Source: a bacterium ADurb.Bin212
Lineage (GTDB): Bacteria > Patescibacteriota > UBA1384 > XYA2-FULL-43-10
Direction of reading: 5' to 3'
Length of the DNA: 64,000 nt
Assembly (NCBI GenBank): GCA_002070055.1
Contig: MWCM01000002.1
Span: 286 to 64,285 of the forward strand
Part shown: positions 1 through 8,623 of the stretch, piece by piece
Numbering within the stretch: position 1 is the stretch's first letter
How the letters are laid out: every line of letters starts with the position of its first letter
Program-made: the position numbers and the translations under genes
The notes under the pieces: generated by a model
Told to the model about the DNA's origin: nothing
The model's input: only the letters and a program-made list of their open reading frames with translations
Database searches by the model: none

Positions 1-19
1 AGTTCGGTCGGCTAGGCGT

Positions 20-455
20 AGTGTCAAGAATAACTTACCCTGCCTTTTTACTTACCTGAAATATCCGGAGTTAAATATCCCAAACACTACCAATTCACTG
101 GATGGGAGCTTCTCCTGGTTGAAACAAAAAGTCGGCATACATAGAGGTTATACATACCAATTAAGAGATAAGATTATCGAACATTTGCTGGGGAACTAGA
201 CCCCCAAAAATGATATTAAGCCACAAAAGAGTTAGATCAGCTAGACACAGTTTGAAGAACAACTTGCCATTCCTGTTCACTTATCAGAAATACCCAAAAC
301 TGAATATTCCCAACACAACCAACTCATTAGGGGGAAGCTTCTCACACCTCAAAGAAAAAGTTGGTATTCATCGCGGTTCTAGAGAACTCATTAAAAGAAA
401 AATGATAGAAGATATTTTAACAAATTAGCACCCCGAATTTGATATTAACCCTGAT
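20..455 (+). repeat. Two tandem degenerate copies (period about 228 bp, units about 20-247 and 248-455) of a decayed coding fragment. Each unit ends in a stop followed by a short similar tail (acccccaaaaatgatatt in unit 1, caccccgaatttgatatt in unit 2)
   Basis: By-eye alignment: agtgtcaagaataacttaccctgcc (from 20) against agtttgaagaacaacttgccattcc (from 248). Both units translate to related peptides: KNNLP(C/F)LFTY(L/Q)KYP(E/K)LNIPNTTNSL(D/G)GSFS(W/H)LK(Q/E)KVGIHRG... The TTNxxxxxxxxLKxKVxxxRG pattern resembles the C-terminus of IS256/Mutator-family transposases. Confidence 0.45.
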
Positions 456-524
456 TTTTTGACCTAAATAGAAAAATACTAGATAATAATATTAATAATT
501 TACAGTTAAATTTTTGGAGGGGCA

Positions 525-1073
525 ATGAGAGCTTTGGCTAACGTTTTGGAGTTGCAAGAATATAAGATTGCTAAGCATAGGGAAGTTGTTGAGTTGGCAG
601 TTTACTCCGCGGTTTGTTTTTTGTTACCTTTTTTACTTGGACATCCACAGCTTGTGGTTGGTACGGTTGTTAATGCTGCCTTAATTTTGTCGGCACTTAA
701 TTTGCCAAAGCATAAGGTACTACCGGCCGTTATATTACCAAGCCTTGGTGTTATTTCTAGAGGTTTGGTTTTTGGTCCATTTACACACCTTCTAATAATA
801 ACAATGCCTTTTATTTGGTTGGGCAATTACGTACTAATCCTAACAATCAAATATCTGTATTTAGCAAAAAGGTCTAATAAATTTCTGGCTATTTGCATAG
901 CCATCATGTTAAAAGTGGCTATCATCTATTTAGCTGCGATTTTGTTAATAAATTCAGGGGTTTTACCCAAAATATTTGCCACATCAATGGGTTTGACTCA
1001 AATTTATACCGCTGTTTTGGGGGCATTACTTGCCTTATCAGTTAATAAGCTCATAAAATCAAATGCAAAATAG
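525..1073 (+). CDS. Small polytopic membrane protein (5-6 predicted TM helices) immediately upstream of the hydrogenase genes. Possibly an ECF-type S-component-like or hydrogenase-associated membrane subunit
   Basis: ATG preceded by GGAGGGG. Strongly hydrophobic 182 aa. Only 32 nt from the next gene. Confidence 0.5.
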   Translation: MRALANVLELQEYKIAKHREVVELAVYSAVCFLLPFLLGHPQLVVGTVVNAALILSALNLPKHKVLPAVILPSLGVISRGLVFGPFTHLLIITMPFIWLGNYVLILTIKYLYLAKRSNKFLAICIAIMLKVAIIYLAAILLINSGVLPKIFATSMGLTQIYTAVLGALLALSVNKLIKSNAK

Positions 1074-1105
1074 TTTGCTAAGCACAGATATTATCAAGGA
1101 AAAAT

Positions 1106-2086
1106 ATGGTTAACATCATTGAAAAAATTGAGCAAGCCGGTCTTAGGGGTCGCGGTGGCGCTGGGTTCCCAACGGCAACTAAATGGCAAGCGGTTAAGAA
1201 GCAGGAGTTACAGGGTAAAAAGATCTATATAATTGCCAATGGCTCAGAGGGAGAGCCCGGTGTTTTTAAAGATGAGTATATTTTGAAGAAATACCCAACA
1301 GAGTTTATTGAGGGCATAAAGATCGCCTTGGTTGAATTCGCCGATTCGGAAGCCGTAATTTACTTGAATCATACATATTATGATTGGTATGCCAAGAGGC
1401 TTGCATCCATCAGTAAGGGTTTCCCAATAAATTATTTTCGAAAAACTGCTAGGTATATAGCCGGCGATGAGACTGCGTTAATATCTCACATTGAGGGCAA
1501 AAGAGATGAACCTCGGATCAAGCCTCCTTATCCTGCAGAGAGCGGTTTACACGGTATGCCGACTTTGGTTAATAATATCGAAACGTATTATCGCGTATTC
1601 CAGATTGCTAAAGATCAATATCAGAATAAAACTTTTTATTCTATATCCGGATCGGGAATAAAAAAGCAGGTTTATGATTTCCCTGTGGATTATACAATAA
1701 AAGAGGTTCTCGTAAAAAGTGGCAACTGGCCAAAAGATGATTTTTTTATTCAGTATGGTGGAGGAGCTGCCGGTTCAATATATCTTCCAGAGGAGCTAGA
1801 CAATGTTCTTCCCGGGGCTGCATCTATAATAATCTTTAATAGAAACAAAACTAACCCTTATAAACTTATGCGATATTGGGCTGAGTTTTATGCAAAAGAG
1901 AACTGTGATAAATGCACCCCCTGTAGGGAGGGATCGATGCGCATTTTGGAGATGTTAAAGGAAGATAGATTTGATAGGGAGAGAGTAAAAGAACTTTTTC
2001 TAGCAATGGAGCAAAGCTCTTTTTGCCCACTGGGCCGTGGCATGAGTGCCCCATACAAATCATTAATTGAAAAGGTTATAAGATGA
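1106..2086 (+). CDS. NuoF/HndC-like NADH-binding flavoprotein subunit (51 kDa family), N-terminally truncated form
   Basis: GLRGRGGAGFPTATKW FMN/NADH signature near the N-terminus. C-terminal CxxCxxC...C N3-type 4Fe-4S motif (ENCDKCTPC...FCP). Stop overlaps the hydA start (ATGA). Confidence 0.8.
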   Translation: MVNIIEKIEQAGLRGRGGAGFPTATKWQAVKKQELQGKKIYIIANGSEGEPGVFKDEYILKKYPTEFIEGIKIALVEFADSEAVIYLNHTYYDWYAKRLASISKGFPINYFRKTARYIAGDETALISHIEGKRDEPRIKPPYPAESGLHGMPTLVNNIETYYRVFQIAKDQYQNKTFYSISGSGIKKQVYDFPVDYTIKEVLVKSGNWPKDDFFIQYGGGAAGSIYLPEELDNVLPGAASIIIFNRNKTNPYKLMRYWAEFYAKENCDKCTPCREGSMRILEMLKEDRFDRERVKELFLAMEQSSFCPLGRGMSAPYKSLIEKVIR

Positions 2087-3825
2087 GCCAAATAAGCATA
2101 TCAATTAATGGTCGAAAATATCAGGCCGATGAGGGTGAAACAGTTTTGCAGGTAGCTCAGAGAGAGGATATTTATATCCCAGCGTTGTGTTACCATTGCG
2201 ACCTACTGCCACACGAAAGTTGCCGTTTGTGTATGGTGGAGATTGAGGGCGAGGGAAAATTAAAAGCTTCCTGCACCCTAAAAGCTTTTGATGGACTTCG
2301 AGTTCTGACGGACTCAGAGTTAGTAAATAGAGTGTTAGCAGTCAATTTGGAGTTGTTGTTCGCTCAACACGAAGGAAAATGCGAAGCATGTGCCAGAAAA
2401 GACAGCTGTAAACTACGTCAGGCGGTTATCAAATTTTCCAACAAAGAGAAGTTTGTGGCTGATAAATACTCCGATCGAAAGAAGGATAAATTAAAGTATC
2501 AGTTTGGTCCAAGCATTATGTTTGATCCGGCAAAATGTATCAACTGCGAGAACTGCGCCACAATGTGTGCCAAGCAAACCAAAGGGGGTTTTATCCGCCC
2601 CAGAGAAAGTAAATATAATTTTGAGGTATCTCCTTCTTTGGCTAATGATCATGACTGCATCTACTGCGGCCAGTGTATTGTGCATTGCCCGACAGGGGCG
2701 CTTAGTGAGGTTGAGGATTATCCTGAAGTCCAAAAACTTTTAAAAGATTCTACTAAAAAGGTGGTTTTCCAATTTGCCCCAGCCATAAGATCCAGTATCG
2801 GAGAACTATTCGGTCTGCCACCAGGCGAGATAGCGACCGGAAAGATTTTTTCATCATTAAAAAGGATTGGTGCTTATAAGGTGTTTGATACCAGTTTTGG
2901 CGCAGATGTAACGATTATGGAGGAATCTGAGGAGTTAATAAACAAAATTGTGTCTGGTGAGAATGAAGTAATGTTCTCCTCGTGTTGTCCGGCTTGGGTA
3001 AAATATCTGGAATTTTATGAAAAAGGTTTTGTAAAATACCTGACATCTGTAAGGTCACCCCATATTATTTTGGGAGGGCTTATTAAAACTCACTGGGCTA
3101 AACATAATAATATTAACCCCAAGGATATAGTTGTGGTGTCTATAATGCCGTGTACTGCAAAAAAATTTGAGGCTAAAAGGCGCGAATTGAGAGTCAACGG
3201 TTTTAATCCAGTTGATATAGTTATTACCAACAGAGAGTTCGCCAAACTGTTAAAAGAGGCAAATATCAATTTGGCTGATGTGGAGCCAAGCGAAAGTAAC
3301 GATGATATTATGGGTTCATTCACCGGCGCAGGTGAGATTTTCGGAGCAAGCGGAGGAGTGCTTGAAGCGGCTATAAGGACGGCCTACTTTAAAACCACCG
3401 GCAAGAGCTTAGAACATTTTGAATTTAAAGCCATACATGAATTAAACGGTATCAAAGAGCTGGAACTAAAAGTAAACAATCAGAAATTACGTTTTGCAGC
3501 TGTGAGCGGTATCGAAAATGTTAAAATTGTTTTAGACAAGCTAAAGAGTGACCCGACTTATTACAGTTGCGTTGAAGTTATGGCTTGTCCTGGTGGTTGT
3601 GTTGCTGGAGGCGGGCAGCCACTGCCGATTGACGATGAGATTAGAAAAATGCGAAGCAAAGGTTTATATAAAGCCGATAGAGAAAACAGATACCGCGAAT
3701 CTCATGCAAACCCCGATGTTGTTGAGCTTTACAAAGGCTTCTTTGAATCGGATCGAATGCGTCACAGAATATGTCACACAAAATTTGCCGCCAAGAATAA
3801 GGGAGTTATCAAGCGAATCAAGTAG
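2083..3825 (+). CDS. hydA: [FeFe]-hydrogenase catalytic subunit, M3-type (2Fe-2S, His-ligated 4Fe-4S, 2x 4Fe-4S, H-domain)
   Basis: N-terminal CYHCDLLPHESCRLC (2Fe-2S). HEGKCEACARKDSC (H-x3-C-x2-C-x5-C). Two CxxCxxCxxxCP ferredoxin motifs. H-cluster motifs L1 SSCCPAW, L2 MPCTAKKFE and L3 EVMACPGGCVAGGGQP are all intact. Confidence 0.9.
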   Translation: MSQISISINGRKYQADEGETVLQVAQREDIYIPALCYHCDLLPHESCRLCMVEIEGEGKLKASCTLKAFDGLRVLTDSELVNRVLAVNLELLFAQHEGKCEACARKDSCKLRQAVIKFSNKEKFVADKYSDRKKDKLKYQFGPSIMFDPAKCINCENCATMCAKQTKGGFIRPRESKYNFEVSPSLANDHDCIYCGQCIVHCPTGALSEVEDYPEVQKLLKDSTKKVVFQFAPAIRSSIGELFGLPPGEIATGKIFSSLKRIGAYKVFDTSFGADVTIMEESEELINKIVSGENEVMFSSCCPAWVKYLEFYEKGFVKYLTSVRSPHIILGGLIKTHWAKHNNINPKDIVVVSIMPCTAKKFEAKRRELRVNGFNPVDIVITNREFAKLLKEANINLADVEPSESNDDIMGSFTGAGEIFGASGGVLEAAIRTAYFKTTGKSLEHFEFKAIHELNGIKELELKVNNQKLRFAAVSGIENVKIVLDKLKSDPTYYSCVEVMACPGGCVAGGGQPLPIDDEIRKMRSKGLYKADRENRYRESHANPDVVELYKGFFESDRMRHRICHTKFAAKNKGVIKRIK

Positions 3826-3911
3826 CAATGCGTTAATAGATCTTTAGTAATTAAGACATTGAACTAGTTTCCGCGTGACAATTATTTGCAATTGATTTGT
3901 TGCAATTATAC

Positions 3912-4592
3912 TCAAATAACTTTAACGTTAATTTCTTTGCTATTATCACGAAGGCTGTTTATGGCTGCAATAAAGATTATAATACTGCCGAATATCTCCA
4001 AACTCTCTTCAATAACAATAAGAAGTGGATAGGTTATACTTGCGTCGCCGAACTTTGACACATAAAATCCACCAACCATCTCCATAATTATGGCTCCCAA
4101 TAAGTAGAAAAAAATTCCGCTTAAGAGTTGTTTTTTAAAGGGTTTGGGTAGCAGGACAAAGAATTTATACAGCAAAAAGAACAGTATTGCCACCAAGGCT
4201 ATGGCCGGAATAACCCAAACAAAGTAAAAAGCCCCAGAACCGTTATAAAACATTCTTATTATATCCATGATGGATTCATGTATTTGTGACCCTTCATCTA
4301 GCGACAGATAGAAAAAGAGTGCTGAAATTATTGTCCAGCCTTTAAATAGTTTTTCATTTTGTTCAAAATATCTATTTAATAAAAAGGCAAATCCAGAAAA
4401 CAGTAACAATAAAACGGAAAACAAAGAGGGGATATTCGCCTCTCTATCGAAATTAAACAAATTGTAAATTGATACCGGAATACCGAAATTTGAATAATGC
4501 TTCAAAAATAGAATCAACAAATTAATGGCTAATAAACAGGCCAAAATCCAATAGAAACAATGTGCAATTTTTTTTGCATTAATACTAATCAT
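3912..4592 (-). CDS. Hypothetical polytopic membrane protein
   Basis: 226-aa ORF, highly hydrophobic, convergent with hydA. Confidence 0.5.
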   Translation of the reverse strand: MISINAKKIAHCFYWILACLLAINLLILFLKHYSNFGIPVSIYNLFNFDREANIPSLFSVLLLLFSGFAFLLNRYFEQNEKLFKGWTIISALFFYLSLDEGSQIHESIMDIIRMFYNGSGAFYFVWVIPAIALVAILFFLLYKFFVLLPKPFKKQLLSGIFFYLLGAIIMEMVGGFYVSKFGDASITYPLLIVIEESLEIFGSIIIFIAAINSLRDNSKEINVKVI

Positions 4593-4713
4593 CTTTTTTA
4601 ATTATAATTTATATTGTTATGCTTGCCAATTGGGTCACTTTGGATTTACATTTGTGCAGAATTAGGATATTATCTTTGGTGTGGCCTCTTGTGGTTAATG
4701 TTTTTGTGGTAAC

Positions 4714-4787
4714 GGCCTGGTGGCGGAGTGGTTACGCGGCGGTCTGCAAAACCGTTTACACCGGTTCAATTCCGGTCCAGGCCTCCA
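4714..4787 (+). tRNA. tRNA-Cys (GCA)
   Basis: Cloverleaf with 7-bp acceptor ggcctgg/ccaggcc, anticodon loop ctGCAaa, T-arm ggttcaattcc, encoded CCA. Confidence 0.85.
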
Positions 4788-4797
4788 GTAATAATCT

Positions 4798-4873
4798 GCC
4801 GGATTAGCTCAGTGGTTAGAGCGAAGGACTGAAAATCCTTGCGTCCCCAGTTCGATTCTGGGATCCGGCACCA
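4798..4873 (+). tRNA. tRNA-Phe (GAA)
   Basis: gccggat...atccggc acceptor. D-arm gctcagtggttagagc. Anticodon stem aagga/tcctt with loop ctGAAaa. T-arm cccagttcgattctggg. CCA encoded. Confidence 0.9.
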
Positions 4874-5018
4874 TATTATTTCAAAAATCAAATATCAAAA
4901 ATAAAAAAGAATTACTAAATAGTATTTAAGCTATTGCAACAAAGGCGTTGTTTACTAAGCAGTTTCACATTTCATTATTCGTTATACAAAATTATTTGTT
5001 GATAATGGAAAAATTACA

Positions 5019-5237
5019 ATGGAGTATACACTAAAAATTTTTCAAATTATTCTGGCCCTTTTGATGGTCGTTGCAATTTTGTTGCAACAAAAAGGTAGCG
5101 GATTGGGGATCGCTTTTGGCGGAGATAGCAATTTTTATCGCTCCAGAAGAGGCCTCGAAAATGTATTACACTGGGCTACAATAATTATTGCCTTTTTCTT
5201 TGTGGTTACTGCGGTAGCAGTAGTTTTTGTTTCTTAG
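5019..5237 (+). CDS. secG: Preprotein translocase subunit SecG
   Basis: 72 aa, two TM helices, LLQQKGSGLGIAFGG signature of SecG. Confidence 0.75.
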   Translation: MEYTLKIFQIILALLMVVAILLQQKGSGLGIAFGGDSNFYRSRRGLENVLHWATIIIAFFFVVTAVAVVFVS

Positions 5238-5249
5238 CTTAAAGCTAAT

Positions 5250-6770
5250 ATGAACCCCAAACAACACAAAGTTATAACAGCAATATCTAATTTTTTCAAA
5301 GTTCTGGTTCTGCCTCTTATCAAGATATTTGGAGTGGTGTCATTTTTATTCTCAAGATTGACCAGAAAAGAAAAACTGGTGTTTTTTATCCTATTGTCTA
5401 TCCTTTGTGTGCTGATTATTTTTGAATCTTTAAAGATATATTATGCGAGAACTCAATTGGTTCCTGATTTTGGCGGTGAATATACAGAGGTGATTCAAGG
5501 TGATGCAAAGTACTTCTCACCGATTTTAGCAAAGACAGACTCTGAAAGGGCTATTTCCGGTTTAATTTACTCCTCTTTGATTAAAATAGATGAAAAAAAT
5601 CAACCGATTTCCGATTTGGCTGATTCTTGGCAAATATCTGAGGATGGTCTGACATACACCTTTGTCTTAAAGCAAGGTGTTACATTTCATGGTGGACAGG
5701 CCTTTAGCAGCGATGATATTGTTGCGACGGTCTCGGCCATTCAAGACGAGGCTAATAAAAGCCCTTTAAGGGAGATGTGGTCTGGAGTTGTTGTGAACGC
5801 AATTGATGAGTATACTGTGTCTTTTGTTCTACCCAAGCAATATGGGCCGTTCATTTATAACTGTAACTTTAAGGTTATAAGCAAAGAAGATGTGTTAAGT
5901 ACATTGTCCGCAAACTATAACGGTACGGGTCCCTACAGGTTTGTAAACAATATCACATCTGATGACGGCGGACTTGAAGTAAATTTAGAGTCTTATGGCG
6001 GCTATTATGCTGGTCCGCCCTTGATTAGCAAAATGAAATTTATCATTTCGAGCCAACCAGACGTCAGCGAAAAGCGAATAAAGGATTTAGGAGTGAATGC
6101 AATCTCCTCTGTTGAAAATGTGCAAGTTCCCAACTTCCTCGATTTTACCTTTACTGCTGGAAGAAATCTGATGTTAATCCCGAATATTAGAAAAGTTCCT
6201 TTTCAAGACGAGGCCACCAGGAAAAAAATTCTAACTGGCGAAAAAGTTGAGGGTGATATTAAGATCCGTTTTGTTTTTTTGGATAATGAGACTCAAAAAC
6301 AAAAAGCCAAAGAGGTTGTATCTATCTTGGAAAAATCCGGGGTGAAAATTGAAAGTGTGGCTCTTTCTGTCCATGATTACGCTGAGTCGCTAAAGAAAAA
6401 GGATTATAATCTATTGCTCTATGGCTACGATTGGTCTTATGATCTTGATCTATATACTTTTTGGCACTCGTCTCAATTGGATAAAAATAATTTTAGCGGC
6501 TATTCAACGAAAGAGGACGATATTTATCTTGAAGACACAAGAATGATTCTAGACGGAGACGAAAGGCAAAAAAGATACAACGATTTTTTAAACAAAATAA
6601 CTGGATTATCGCTGGTTGTTGACTACGGACAAAAAAGATACCCTCTATTTATTTCGGAGAGTGTTAAAAATGTTGAGGTAATTAAGTGTGGCAGACCAGA
6701 AGATCGATTTAATGATATAATTAGCTGGTATATTAACGAGAAGAGGGTCAGGAAAGGTGATAGTGAGTAG
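5250..6770 (+). CDS. ABC transporter substrate-binding protein, family 5 (oligopeptide/dipeptide/nickel-like), N-terminal membrane anchor
   Basis: SBP_bac_5-like N-lobe motifs (SGLIYSSLIKID...LADSWQISEDGLTYTFVLKQGVTFHGG). TM segment after a K-rich N-terminus. Confidence 0.6.
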   Translation: MNPKQHKVITAISNFFKVLVLPLIKIFGVVSFLFSRLTRKEKLVFFILLSILCVLIIFESLKIYYARTQLVPDFGGEYTEVIQGDAKYFSPILAKTDSERAISGLIYSSLIKIDEKNQPISDLADSWQISEDGLTYTFVLKQGVTFHGGQAFSSDDIVATVSAIQDEANKSPLREMWSGVVVNAIDEYTVSFVLPKQYGPFIYNCNFKVISKEDVLSTLSANYNGTGPYRFVNNITSDDGGLEVNLESYGGYYAGPPLISKMKFIISSQPDVSEKRIKDLGVNAISSVENVQVPNFLDFTFTAGRNLMLIPNIRKVPFQDEATRKKILTGEKVEGDIKIRFVFLDNETQKQKAKEVVSILEKSGVKIESVALSVHDYAESLKKKDYNLLLYGYDWSYDLDLYTFWHSSQLDKNNFSGYSTKEDDIYLEDTRMILDGDERQKRYNDFLNKITGLSLVVDYGQKRYPLFISESVKNVEVIKCGRPEDRFNDIISWYINEKRVRKGDSE

Positions 6771-7000
6771 CAAGTAGTAAGTAGCGAGTAGAGATAGCAA
6801 GGAATTAAAGAAGCTAGAAATCTAGAAAAGAAAAGGATGCAGAATTTAGGATTAGGTTTGGGAGTGCGAAACCGACAGACTTAAGACGAAACGAGCTCGC
6901 CCAAAGCCGAAGGACCCCCGGGGCGCAGCCGCAAGACGATTACCCTCCCTAAAAACCTAACAAGCTAGCGCCTAACGGCTAGCAGCTGACATAAAAACAT

Positions 7001-7087
7001 GCCGCGGTGTTGGAATTGGTAGACAAGCACGGTTCAGAACCGTGTGCCAGCAATGGCGTGGAGGTTCAAGTCCTCTTCGCGGCACCA
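7001..7087 (+). tRNA. tRNA-Leu (CAG), type II with long variable arm
   Basis: Acceptor gccgcgg/ccgcggc. Anticodon stem cacgg/ccgtg with loop ttCAGaa. Variable hairpin gccagcaatggc. T-arm ggaggttcaagtcctc. CCA encoded. Confidence 0.85.
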
Positions 7088-7154
7088 TCTTTCGCACATC
7101 AAAAAAGTGGGCTACGCTGATGGCACAGCCATCTTGTTTACAAGAAGACATATT

Positions 7155-7709
7155 ATGAAAAAAGTATTTATTATTCACGGTTATCAAGGTTCTCCTAATG
7201 GCGGGTGGCGGCCATGGCTTATGGCGGAACTGGAGAAACTGGATATTTATGCCTGTGCTTTAGCGATGCCGGAACCAGAGCACCCAAGAGTCGGGGATTG
7301 GGTTAGTGAAATCTCCAGACATATTACCAGTGGTGACGAAGTCTGTTTAGTCGGGCACTCTTTGGGAGTGCCTGCTATTTTGAGATATCTTGAGTCGATA
7401 AATGATAAATCTCAACAAAGCATTGCAGGGGCGGTCCTCGTTTCTGGACCTCTGTTATTAGTCGGCCAGAGCGATGTGGATAGTTTTCTGAAAGACGGAT
7501 TTAATTTTTCTAAAATACAGCCATCGTCGAATCAATTCGTTGTAATCCATGGTGACGATGATCCATTAGTGCCTGTGGCTGATGCCTATCAATTATCCAG
7601 TAAACTTCAAACTAAACCGATTATCATAAAGGGTGGCCAACATTTAAACGGTGGTGCCGGCTGGACTAAATTGCCTGAGGTGCTAGAAGCGATAAAAAAG
7701 ATCTTATAA
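7155..7709 (+). CDS. RBBP9/YdeN-like alpha/beta serine hydrolase
   Basis: MKKVFIIHGYQGSPNGGW N-terminus and LVGHSLG nucleophile elbow. The ORF-track start at 7044 runs through the tRNA-Leu gene, so the internal ATG at 7155 was chosen. Confidence 0.65.
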   Translation: MKKVFIIHGYQGSPNGGWRPWLMAELEKLDIYACALAMPEPEHPRVGDWVSEISRHITSGDEVCLVGHSLGVPAILRYLESINDKSQQSIAGAVLVSGPLLLVGQSDVDSFLKDGFNFSKIQPSSNQFVVIHGDDDPLVPVADAYQLSSKLQTKPIIIKGGQHLNGGAGWTKLPEVLEAIKKIL

Positions 7710-7744
7710 TAAATCCATATTTTCGATAAAAAATAACCCCGCAA

Positions 7745-7776
7745 TTTCTTGCAGGGTTATTTTTTAGAATTCTATA
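7745..7776. terminator. Bidirectional intrinsic terminator between convergent genes
   Basis: aaccccgcaa-ttt-cttgcagggtt hairpin flanked by A-run upstream and T-run downstream. Confidence 0.7.
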
Positions 7777-7792
7777 GTTTGACTATTGAATC

Positions 7793-8113
7793 TTATCTGT
7801 CGTTGCGATTGTATCCACCACCGCCACGATTTTCGTCTCTTTTAACCATAGGTCTGGCTACGTTGACGAAGATTTTTCTACCTTCGAACTCTTTTTCGTT
7901 GAGTTCTTCGATAGCTTTTTCGGCCATCTCTTCAGACTCAACGGTTACGAAACCGAAGCCTTTAGATCTGCCGCTGAATTTGTCGGAGATTACTTTTGCT
8001 TCAACCACTACTACACCTTCTACGCCGGAGAATAGCTCAGAGAGCATCTCGTCGGTAACGCTGTAGTCAAGGTTGCCAACAAAAAGCTTGTTTTTGTTAA
8101 CTTGCTCTTCCAT
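7793..8113 (-). CDS. RRM-type RNA-binding protein with glycine-rich tail
   Basis: RNP-2 LFVGNL and RNP-1 KGFGFVTV motifs, C-terminal RGGGGYNRNDR. RBS AGGA upstream on the minus strand. Confidence 0.85.
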   Translation of the reverse strand: MEEQVNKNKLFVGNLDYSVTDEMLSELFSGVEGVVVVEAKVISDKFSGRSKGFGFVTVESEEMAEKAIEELNEKEFEGRKIFVNVARPMVKRDENRGGGGYNRNDR

Positions 8114-8313
8114 CTTTTTCCTAACTTACTACTAATAAAAAACGACCCAAAAGTTTAACTTCTCGGTCGACTTAACTTAGTTTTTTGTTCTAATTAAATA
8201 CAAACGAGCCTTTAAACTACTAAAATAATATTAGCACGTATAATTATAAATGTCAATGAAAAGCAGTAAATATTTTTATATTTCCCCAATGATTTGTATG
8301 CGAGTGAATTTTT

Positions 8314-8341
8314 TGACCAAATTTATTTGATGTGTTATAGT
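8314..8341 (+). promoter_or_regulatory. Candidate sigma70-type promoter (TTGACC, 16-nt spacer, TATAGT) upstream of tRNA-Val
   Basis: Hexamers read directly from the sequence. It lies about 120 nt upstream of tRNA-Val. An intervening hairpin plus T-run at 8432-8458 makes its role uncertain. Confidence 0.35.
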
Positions 8342-8462
8342 GTTTTTGTCGTGCAAGTCTATTAGTGTAAAATAATTAAACTAGCTTCTTTCCTCTTTTG
8401 ATTGCCAATTAGCACGTATTGGCATTGAATAATCTCGGGCTAGTTCGAGATTTTTTAATTTA

Positions 8463-8539
8463 GGGCGCTTAGCTCAGCTGGTTAGAGCGGCTCGTTTACA
8501 CCGAGTAGGTCGGGGGTTCGAATCCCTCAGCGCCCACCA
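8463..8539 (+). tRNA. tRNA-Val (TAC)
   Basis: gggcgct/agcgccc acceptor. D-arm gctcagctggttagagc. Anticodon stem gctcg/cgagt with loop ttTACac. T-arm gggggttcgaatccctc. CCA encoded. Confidence 0.85.
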
Positions 8540-8623
8540 TACTTTGTATATTACTATGTCGTGTCTTGTTATTTTTTTGAGGATGCGTTCTTCATATGGC
8601 AATAAAGTGGTATACTCTTATCT

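Noticed and set aside
210-428. 72-aa ORF in the ORF track
   Set aside because: It lies entirely within the second decayed repeat unit, has no RBS, and its peptide is the relic transposase-like fragment. It is covered by the repeat feature instead
2491-3323. Several 77-80-aa ORFs on both strands inside hydA
   Set aside because: They are nested within a motif-dense, well-supported CDS and are frame artefacts
7044-7154. N-terminal extension of the hydrolase ORF (track start 7044)
   Set aside because: The extension is templated by the tRNA-Leu(CAG) gene and its 3' flank. The internal ATG at 7155 with a normal N-terminus (MKKVFIIHG) was preferred
7749-8066. 105-aa plus-strand ORF
   Set aside because: It is antisense to the motif-rich RRM gene, and its translation is low-complexity S/T/P-rich without start signals
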